From Candidatus Thorarchaeota archaeon (lineage in GTDB: Archaea > Asgardarchaeota > Thorarchaeia > Thorarchaeales > Thorarchaeaceae), in contig RDNZ01000008.1 of assembly GCA_011364905.1 (NCBI GenBank), positions 4,401-68,400 on the forward strand: DNA of 64,000 bases, given 5' to 3'. A program made the position numbers and the translations under genes. The notes beneath the pieces were generated by a model, which ran no database searches, was not told the origin of the DNA, and saw nothing but the letters and a program-made list of their open reading frames with translations. Below, piece after piece: positions 47,236 through 54,560 of this stretch (its first letter is position 1; every line of letters begins with the position of its first letter).

Positions 47236-48480
47236 ATGCAGATCCCCAGGACTAACATTGAGGTAACGCTCAAGACCAATGGCATCTATCTCAGAGACCC
47301 GGCTACACATCGCAGGCTGCGCATAATTGGTAGATCTTTCAAGGAAATATTGGAGGATGTGCAACGGTTTGTATATATGCGCGGATTCAAAGTTCCTCAG
47401 CCAATTATCAAATTCATCTTGAAGCGAGTAGGTCTTCCTGAAGTCGATATCATTATTGAAAAACATGAGTTGACAGACGATGACCTTCAGGAGCTTTCGA
47501 AAACTCTCGACGTTATTGATAGTCTAAAGGACGAGTTCCTCACTCCATCTTACTCTCTCAAGGCAATTGATGAAACTGATAGTGGCATTTCAGAAATACC
47601 ACAAGAACTACCAGATTTAACAGCAGACATTCCAGCGCCTCAAAAAATGAGTGTCTGGGACATTCCTGTAGACGAGGAGATCAAGGATCTTGTTTTCTCC
47701 TTCCACCCAGAGAACATATCAACAAGTGTTCCCACCCCACGAACTCAGACGTCTGCGGACGAACAACCGATGAAATTCATCTGGGATGACCCTGCAGTTG
47801 CGGCAGCCATCGCAGAAACATCCGATGACGAGCAACTATCACCTGAAGTCATTTCAGACCTGCAAGACCTGAAGGTTTTGTTCCTAGGTGAAGATGGGGT
47901 TGGTGTGAACAGCATTATCTTTGAGTGCAACCTGAAGCTCGGGAACGATTATTCATCCCTTAGTTTGCCACCTACCAATCCATTTACATACAGTAACATA
48001 ATTCAAGACGATGGAACAAGTGTTCGTGTTGATGCTTGGACATTTGAGAAAAGTATGGAAGCGAAAGTGTCAAAGACAGAGTTCTATTCAGGATCCGGCA
48101 TCATAGTACTTGTTTATTCAGTTGCTGAGAGATGGAGTTTTGATAGCCTTGATTTTTGGACTCGAGAAGTTTCCAATGCCTTCCCAATTGCACCACCTAT
48201 AATTGTGGTTGGAAATAAGACTGACCTCCGTGACCATCCAGTTTATGACGAGGAAGATGAGGTGGACATCCCAGTGTCCACGGAAGAGGCTCGTGACTAT
48301 TGCTTCAAAATGGCTATGACTCTTGGAGAAAGTGGGCGGTCTCATCCTGTGTTCTTCATTGAAACTTCAACAATTACTGGACAAGGCATTACTGAACTTT
48401 TGAAGAAGATTGTTGACTTTTGGAAAGCAAATGAACGACCAAGCATGCCTGCCACTGAGCAAGATGTCCCAACAATCTAG
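47236..48480 (+). CDS. Ras-superfamily small-GTPase-like protein with degenerate P-loop and switch II (paralog 2)
   Basis: Same architecture and same substitutions: FLGEDGVGVNS, DAWTFE, VGNKTD, ETSTITGQG. High identity to paralog 1 along the full length, including the C-terminal peptide NERPSMPATEQ. Confidence 0.75.
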   Translation: MQIPRTNIEVTLKTNGIYLRDPATHRRLRIIGRSFKEILEDVQRFVYMRGFKVPQPIIKFILKRVGLPEVDIIIEKHELTDDDLQELSKTLDVIDSLKDEFLTPSYSLKAIDETDSGISEIPQELPDLTADIPAPQKMSVWDIPVDEEIKDLVFSFHPENISTSVPTPRTQTSADEQPMKFIWDDPAVAAAIAETSDDEQLSPEVISDLQDLKVLFLGEDGVGVNSIIFECNLKLGNDYSSLSLPPTNPFTYSNIIQDDGTSVRVDAWTFEKSMEAKVSKTEFYSGSGIIVLVYSVAERWSFDSLDFWTREVSNAFPIAPPIIVVGNKTDLRDHPVYDEEDEVDIPVSTEEARDYCFKMAMTLGESGRSHPVFFIETSTITGQGITELLKKIVDFWKANERPSMPATEQDVPTI

Positions 48481-48491
48481 AGAACGTCTTT

Positions 48492-49190
48492 CTATGAGAG
48501 AAATTGTCGGATGATTGCAACAATCTGAGTGAGGACCCTCAGTGAATCTGTTACGTTCCCCTCTATCTCCAAACTATGACTTGCTCCATCTATTACTATT
48601 CCACTTGTTTGGGTGGATGCGTTTAGTCGATCTATGATATCGCGATCATACTGCTGGTCTTTGGTCCCTATCACCAAGACCGCATCTTTCATGTATGTGA
48701 GCATTTGCTCAAGAAGCTCAGGATTCCTGATTAAAGGTGTCAGCCAGATGGTTTTGGTATCTCTGAGTTCTTCATGAGTTTCAAGGAGATGACCCAGAGC
48801 TAAAGTGCCAATTGACTTTCCAGTCAAGCAGACTATTTTCTGATTCTCATACTCACTCATGAATTTGAACGCAGCCTCCACGTCGTTTATGAGCCATTCT
48901 GATCGCTCCCTCATTGATTGCGCCATGTAATCCGAGTTGTTTGAATAGTCATAATCCAAAGAAAGTACATTGATGCCACTGGCAATCATTGTCTTGATTG
49001 AATAATACAAGAGGGGCATGTCTGAATTATATGCTAGTCCAGGGAATAGAATAGCAACATCTTGAGCATGGTCAGATTGTCTGAAGAATCTGTTTTTTAA
49101 TGGTCTGTTCGCATGTCCGTGAATATCCAATTGTTCAATGGATTTCATTGTTGAATCAACTCCTGAATACATTAGAGTCTCTGATGCCAA
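48492..49190 (-). CDS. Alpha/beta-fold hydrolase
   Basis: Nucleophile elbow GKSIGT (GxSxG), VAILFPGLAYNSD, C-terminal LVIGTKDQQYD and GASHSLE (likely catalytic His). TTG at 49190 or ATG at 49172 could be the start. Confidence 0.65.
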   Translation of the reverse strand: MASETLMYSGVDSTMKSIEQLDIHGHANRPLKNRFFRQSDHAQDVAILFPGLAYNSDMPLLYYSIKTMIASGINVLSLDYDYSNNSDYMAQSMRERSEWLINDVEAAFKFMSEYENQKIVCLTGKSIGTLALGHLLETHEELRDTKTIWLTPLIRNPELLEQMLTYMKDAVLVIGTKDQQYDRDIIDRLNASTQTSGIVIDGASHSLEIEGNVTDSLRVLTQIVAIIRQFLS

Positions 49191-49270
49191 GACTTATCAA
49201 TGAAGCTACATGCAAGAAGCAAAACAAAATGGAGGTACTGATAACATGGTAACAATAATACGGTGGGATC

Positions 49271-49504
49271 ATGTTTGCCCGACGCTCATTCTTGTCTCTG
49301 CCTCCTTCTGCGAAGTTTCTCTATGTGGTGCTTAAGAACCGGCGACGAATGTCCCGACAAGACCTGATTAGTAACACATACCTACCTCCCAGAACAGTGA
49401 ACTATGGCCTCAGTAGACTAAAGGCCTTGGGTCTCGTTCGGGAAGAAGAACACGAGAGCGACGCGAGGGAGCGAGTCTATGCACTGGTCGAAGCACCTAT
49501 GTAA
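49271..49504 (+). CDS. Small winged-helix (MarR/ArsR-like) DNA-binding protein
   Basis: 77 aa. FLYVVLKNRRRMSRQDLISNTYLPPRTVNYGLSRLKALGLVREE fits a helix-turn-helix plus wing. Confidence 0.5.
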   Translation: MFARRSFLSLPPSAKFLYVVLKNRRRMSRQDLISNTYLPPRTVNYGLSRLKALGLVREEEHESDARERVYALVEAPM

Positions 49505-49591
49505 TGGGAACATTGATCTAGAAGGTGGTTCTGGAATGCAATCTGGAACCGCTTTCGACTCCCTTTTTCTGAGAGTTCCAAAAGCCTCATA

Positions 49592-50995
49592 ATGTATTCG
49601 ACACCAGCAGATGCATCTCACACTGAGGCATCAATAATGGATTTCTACAAAGATACAGGCACGGAGCCAATTGGTACAGAGGTGCGAACCCATTTCAGTA
49701 CTGAGATAAATGGTGAGTTGGCTGGGAAGAAAGTGGTCCTAATGGGATGGACTCACATATTGAGGGATAAAGGGCGAATAAAATTCCTCATTCTCAGAGA
49801 CGAACGTGGAACTGTGCAAGTCACAATTCCTCAGAAGAAGGTGCCTGCAGAGGTCTTTAAGATATCTGAAACACTAAAGCCAGAAACTGCTGTAGCGGTT
49901 ACTGGAACAGTTGTTGCGACCAACCAGGTTGAAAGTGGAGCTGAGATTATCCCAGAGAAGATTAGGATAATCAATACTGCTGAGCGGCTCCCTATTGATG
50001 TCGTAGAAGGCAAAACTGACATCGATCTTGACACACGTCTTAACTATCGAATCCTAGACCTCAGAAAACCATCAACCCATGCAGTATTCAGGATTCAGTA
50101 CAATCTTGTTCGATTTGCGAGAGCATATCTGGAAAGCAATGATTTCATTGAGATTCATACGCCGAAGCTCGTCGCTGAAGCGACAGAGGGCGGTGCAAAT
50201 CTTTTCGAGGTCAAGTACTTCGACAGGAAAGCATACCTTGCTCAGAGTCCACAGTTCTACAAACAGCTCATGCTCCTCGCTGGGTTTGGAAGGGTCTATG
50301 AGATTGCTCCAGTTTTTAGAGCGGAGAAACACAACACGCGACGTCATATCAACGAGTATACATCATTTGATTTTGAGATGGCTTGGATAAGTGGTGTTGA
50401 GGATGTCATGGCAATGGAGGAGAGGATGCTTCATCATTCATTCAAGATGACTAAGAAGCATGCTGCTGCAGAACTCGAAGTCCTTGGTGTCGACTTTGAT
50501 GTACCAAAAGTTCCTTTCAAACGCATAAAGTATGAGAAAGCTATTGAACTTGTCAATGAGGCCGGGAAAGATCTTTCGATTACTGATGACCTTGATCCTG
50601 AGTGCGAACGCATCTTGGGTGAGGTGTTTCCAGAGAAATACGGGACTGACATGGTCTTCATCACTCATTATCCGCTTGAGCTTCGCCCAGCTTATACAAT
50701 GCCAAGTATGACTGATGAAGGCATGACGGAAAGCTTTGACCTGACATACAAGGGGATGGAGATAACAACAGGGGGTCAGCGTATCCATCTGTATGACCTT
50801 CTCGTTGAACGTTTCAGGGCCAAATGCTTCAATCCCGATGACTTTTCATTCTATCTTGATCCCTTCAAATATGGCGCACCGCCTCACGGCGGTCTAGGAC
50901 TTGGTGTTGAACGAATGACAATGCAGCTCCTAGGAATTGAGAACATCCGAGAAGCAACTCTACTACCTCGTGACCGAGACCGTTTGACACCGTAG
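49592..50995 (+). CDS. aspS: Aspartyl-tRNA synthetase, archaeal/eukaryal type
   Basis: OB-fold N-terminus VRTHF...GKKVVLMGWTHILRDKGRIKFLILRD, class-II motif 2 FRAEKHNTRRHINEYTSFDFEMAW, motif 3 GGLGLGVERMTMQLLG, C-terminal LLPRDRDRLTP. ATG 49637 is an alternative start. Confidence 0.9.
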   Translation: MYSTPADASHTEASIMDFYKDTGTEPIGTEVRTHFSTEINGELAGKKVVLMGWTHILRDKGRIKFLILRDERGTVQVTIPQKKVPAEVFKISETLKPETAVAVTGTVVATNQVESGAEIIPEKIRIINTAERLPIDVVEGKTDIDLDTRLNYRILDLRKPSTHAVFRIQYNLVRFARAYLESNDFIEIHTPKLVAEATEGGANLFEVKYFDRKAYLAQSPQFYKQLMLLAGFGRVYEIAPVFRAEKHNTRRHINEYTSFDFEMAWISGVEDVMAMEERMLHHSFKMTKKHAAAELEVLGVDFDVPKVPFKRIKYEKAIELVNEAGKDLSITDDLDPECERILGEVFPEKYGTDMVFITHYPLELRPAYTMPSMTDEGMTESFDLTYKGMEITTGGQRIHLYDLLVERFRAKCFNPDDFSFYLDPFKYGAPPHGGLGLGVERMTMQLLGIENIREATLLPRDRDRLTP

Positions 50996-51045
50996 ATAAT
51001 ACTCCCTCTTAAAGCACGAGTGGTTCTAAGACATCTGCCGACCAA

Positions 51046-51837
51046 GTGCGGATTAGAAGAACGAAGGGACACACTCCAATGCATGAGCGACTTCAATCAG
51101 AACTCTATGCTTCAATTGCTACACTTGACCAGCTGAAAAAACTCTATGACTTTGGTGCAGTGGATATAAGGTCCTATCAGAGGGAGTCCGAAGCCCTTCT
51201 TCAGGATGTTCGCACTCAGATTGAGAATCTTCGACGTTTGGGTCTTGATATTGGGAGATTTGTCACAAGCGAACGGATAATCGAGATATTTCCTGAGGCT
51301 GCAAATCTACTCCGACTTGGTACTCACGCTCCAAGACGGTCTCTTCAGGGCATGACATTGGACCAGTTCTACGATTACATTGGCCTTGCTATACTTGACG
51401 TGGCAACCGAGAACTCATCAAAGGGCCTCATGGGCTTAGCAGAGCTTATTGTAGAGGTCGTCCGGCGACTTCCTGAGATTGAATCAGTGACCTACAATGA
51501 TGTCATTGAATCTGTTAATCGTGTTGCTGAAAACGGGCTGATTCCTGGTATTCGAACCCTGCGAGGAGGAGTCAAAGTCGTGGAGCTTCGACCGCTAGAA
51601 CTTCGGCGAGACCAAGCTGATGTGATCAATCTTGCAGCTACAAAAGGATACGTTTCTGTCGAGGAGGTCATAATGCAGCTCAAATGGTCCGAAGATCATG
51701 CGCGTCAAGTTCTTTCAAGTTTGGTGGATGCAGGCATGGCTGTAGCTGATATCCGCTTCTCCACAGGTGGCCGGTACTATTTCCCTGGCTTAAGGTCTCG
51801 TGAAAGCACCGATTCACGAAACACAGGTGCTTACTGA
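51046..51837 (+). CDS. ESCRT-II subunit, EAP30-domain protein (Vps22/Vps36-like)
   Basis: Tandem winged-helix C-terminus aligns with eukaryotic SNF8/EAP30: LRPLELRRDQADVINLAATKGYVSVEEVIMQLKWSEDHARQVLSSLVDAGMAVADIRFSTGGRYYFPGL versus P.EL..D...VL.LAE..GYVTV.E....LKW...RARQVLE.LL.EGLAW.D......YW.P.L. GTG 51046 or ATG 51079 could be the start. Confidence 0.8.
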   Translation: MRIRRTKGHTPMHERLQSELYASIATLDQLKKLYDFGAVDIRSYQRESEALLQDVRTQIENLRRLGLDIGRFVTSERIIEIFPEAANLLRLGTHAPRRSLQGMTLDQFYDYIGLAILDVATENSSKGLMGLAELIVEVVRRLPEIESVTYNDVIESVNRVAENGLIPGIRTLRGGVKVVELRPLELRRDQADVINLAATKGYVSVEEVIMQLKWSEDHARQVLSSLVDAGMAVADIRFSTGGRYYFPGLRSRESTDSRNTGAY

Positions 51838-51839
51838 CT

Positions 51840-52577
51840 CTATGATGATGAAATTATAATCGCTCCTTTCTTCTCATCAATCCACTCAGCTAGTCCTTTC
51901 TTGACCATAAGGGCAAGAACTATGTGAATGTCCTTCTCTGGGAGGTTAGCAAAATCCTCCTCGACTTCTTGAATGACGATTGATTTCACATCTAGTCTAA
52001 GTTTTCCTGTCTTCAATGCCCACTGGTACACTATGTCCGCCCAATCTTCAAGAGGTCGCCAATAGACTCTTAGCTGGCGCTGTTTCTTGTCGACCCACTC
52101 AGCAACTTCTTTGTTCACGAGGACTTCTGCTATATCCCTGAATGAATCTACTTTGTTTCTCAGATCCTTGAATGGTGGTTCACTGATGAACGTAGCTAGA
52201 GACAGAATGTGCACCTTGTTATTCTCTGTCCACTCCAAGAGATAATCTGCCCATTCCTCTGCCCAAAGATTTCGGTCCTCCTCTCTGGTTGGTATTCCAT
52301 ACATCCATTCAGTTTCCTCAATATCTCCCCAACTTGGCATCAGAGAATCGGGTTCAACGATCTTAGTTTCAAGTTCCGCATCATTCGCAGTTTCGATTTC
52401 TGTTTTGGGCTTGACTACTTCCGTAGTTTCCTCAACTTCGACAACAACTTCTGGAGAATGAGTTGTGTCCTCAGTGATGGTTCTATCAATATCTGGGGAT
52501 TCAATTTGTTCTTGTTTTACGGGCTTGGCTGACTTCTTTTGTTTGGCCTTCTCCCGTTTTCTCTCCTTGACACCCAA
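51840..52577 (-). CDS. ESCRT-II subunit, Vps25-like (two winged-helix domains) with possible K/E-rich N-terminal extension
   Basis: NKEVAEWVDKKQRQLRVYWRPLEDWADIVYQWALKTG and FANLPEKDIHIVLALMVKKGLAEWI match the Vps25/EAP20 pattern (EWLDK....I.WRRPEEW..LIYQWV..SG). A TTG start at 52577 lies 1 nt after the vps4 stop codon. The first ATG is at 52340 (MPSWGD). Confidence 0.75.
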   Translation of the reverse strand: MGVKERKREKAKQKKSAKPVKQEQIESPDIDRTITEDTTHSPEVVVEVEETTEVVKPKTEIETANDAELETKIVEPDSLMPSWGDIEETEWMYGIPTREEDRNLWAEEWADYLLEWTENNKVHILSLATFISEPPFKDLRNKVDSFRDIAEVLVNKEVAEWVDKKQRQLRVYWRPLEDWADIVYQWALKTGKLRLDVKSIVIQEVEEDFANLPEKDIHIVLALMVKKGLAEWIDEKKGAIIISSS

Positions 52578-52580
52578 ACC

Positions 52581-53798
52581 TTAGGAACCCTCCGCCCAGT
52601 CAATATACTTCTTGACATCCTCAGGTGGAGTTGCAGGGCGAATGTTTTCAATGGCATGTAGGAAGTCGTCCCTCGATACGGGACGAATGTCGAGGATCTC
52701 CTGTTCATCTTCCATTCTGCCAGTCCGCTGCAAATCCCTAATTGGTTCCAGAGCTGCCTCTCGACAGACTACACTGATGTCTCTCCCGCTGTACCCTTCT
52801 GTGAGGTCCGCAAGCTCCTCATACTCGACAGTCGGGGCAACCTCGACATCTTCCATGTGAATCTCGAAAATCTTCGCACGCGCATCTCTGTTCGGAAGAG
52901 GAACATGTATCTTCTTCTCAAACCTAGATCTCAGAGCAAAATCCAACTCCCAAGGCAGATTAGTTGCACCAATTAGAGTGATTCGTTCATCCTCATTACT
53001 TGCTAGTCCTTGGAGTTCAGTGAGCAGCTGTGTTTTCAGACGTCTCTCACCCCCAACATCATCTCCTGATCTTGAAACACCAATGGAATCCAACTCATCA
53101 ATGAAGATGATGGCGGGCTGATTTTTTCTTGCTAGTTCAAAGAGGCTCATCACCAATCTTTCAGATTCGCCCAACCACTTGCTTACTATATTTGCTGCTG
53201 ATACGTTGAAGAATGTTGCATTAACCTCTGAAGCCACAGCTTTGGCGACGAGGGTTTTGCCACACCCTGCGGGACCATAGAAGAGAATGCCTCTCCAGGG
53301 TTGTCTGGCTTTTCCCTTGAAGAGCTCGGGATGCTTCATTGGTGCGATTATCGCATCATCAATAGCTTGTTTTGCATCTTCAAGACCTGCAACCTCTGAC
53401 ATTTTTATTCTAGGACGTTCCGTAATGATAGTGTCTGAAATCATCTCTCTGAGTCGTTTTTCCTCGTCGTCTAATTCAACTTCCGTCTTTGAGGCTTCAT
53501 GGATTGAAACTGGCTCAGCTGTATCAACATCGACTGTCGGAGGTGAAACAAGTCCATCTACAGGTCCGTGTGACTTCTTCTTGATACCTGAAAGATACCT
53601 CACTCTATCCACGCATTCCTGAGCTCTATCAAAATAGTGCTTCTTAACTGAAGGCAACGCTGATGAATTTGATAACTTAATGAGAATCTTGCTTGCTTTG
53701 AGATACTCTTGGCAAGCCTCTTTTTTCATGCCCCTTTGGTCTAATTCTATTGCTTTAGAGAGCATTGCCTTTAGTCCCTGATCTACGCGGTCTGCCAT
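52581..53798 (-). CDS. vps4: Vps4-type AAA+ ATPase with N-terminal MIT domain
   Basis: MIT-like three-helix N-terminus (KAIELDQRGMKKEACQEYLKASKILIKL...YFDRAQECVDRV), Walker A GPAGCGKT, Walker B IIFIDELDS, second region of homology. Confidence 0.9.
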   Translation of the reverse strand: MADRVDQGLKAMLSKAIELDQRGMKKEACQEYLKASKILIKLSNSSALPSVKKHYFDRAQECVDRVRYLSGIKKKSHGPVDGLVSPPTVDVDTAEPVSIHEASKTEVELDDEEKRLREMISDTIITERPRIKMSEVAGLEDAKQAIDDAIIAPMKHPELFKGKARQPWRGILFYGPAGCGKTLVAKAVASEVNATFFNVSAANIVSKWLGESERLVMSLFELARKNQPAIIFIDELDSIGVSRSGDDVGGERRLKTQLLTELQGLASNEDERITLIGATNLPWELDFALRSRFEKKIHVPLPNRDARAKIFEIHMEDVEVAPTVEYEELADLTEGYSGRDISVVCREAALEPIRDLQRTGRMEDEQEILDIRPVSRDDFLHAIENIRPATPPEDVKKYIDWAEGS

Positions 53799-53940
53799 CT
53801 GAGTTCATGTGAACAGTATTCGTAAGGTGTTAAGAATTTCTGTCACATCCGAGTACATACATACACAATATCATCTGCGAACTGCGAAGGTTTAAACGGT
53901 ATCTCCCCACTGGATGAGCTGAGTATCTCTCTTGGAATAG

Positions 53941-54558
53941 GTGATAGAATTGGGTTCAATTAGAAAGGCATTCTCCTGGGGCAGAAAAAAACCAGATATA
54001 GGTGAGGTCTCAAGCCGACTCAGGATCTTATCCAAGCAGCTAGCGCGCCAAAGGAACAAATTGGAAAAAGAGGAGAGGGACGCTAAATCGCGAGCAGTCC
54101 GAGCGCGAAAAGCTGGTCAATTGGAAGCCTATCGAACATATGCTACTGAGATGGTTCGATTTCGCCGATATGCCCTTTCGGTTGACAAGTCGCGCCTGCA
54201 AATTCTGAAGATTCTAGCTCATCTAAATCGCGCTCAGACATCAGCGAAGACACAATTAGCATTGCAGGAGGTCGCAAAGATTCTTGGAATGTTGGGGGAC
54301 GGTTCCGACGCCACTAAGGTAGTAGCGAATGTAGATGAGATTGCTCGTCGCCTCGAGGAGTTCGAGATTGAAGCGAGTATCTCCGATGAGGCTCTGGATT
54401 CAACAATGGAAGTGTCATCTGAAGACTTGACATTTGCATATCAGGAAATCGATGCTGAAGCTGGGCTTGCTGATACTCCGGCTGTAACAAGACCTGCTAG
54501 TGAATCCGAATCTCTTGAAGAAGATATCAAAGCGTTAGAACGCGAACTTGGAGTGTAG
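53941..54558 (+). CDS. ESCRT-III (Snf7-family) protein, probably Vps2/24/46-like
   Basis: 205 aa. Basic helical hairpin N-terminus (LSKQLARQRNKLEKEERDAKSRAVRARKAGQLEAYRTYATEMVRFRRY), acidic C-terminus ending in the amphipathic ESLEEDIKALERELGV. GTG start (no nearby in-frame ATG). Divergent from vps4. Confidence 0.75.
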   Translation: MIELGSIRKAFSWGRKKPDIGEVSSRLRILSKQLARQRNKLEKEERDAKSRAVRARKAGQLEAYRTYATEMVRFRRYALSVDKSRLQILKILAHLNRAQTSAKTQLALQEVAKILGMLGDGSDATKVVANVDEIARRLEEFEIEASISDEALDSTMEVSSEDLTFAYQEIDAEAGLADTPAVTRPASESESLEEDIKALERELGV

Positions 54559-54560
54559 AA

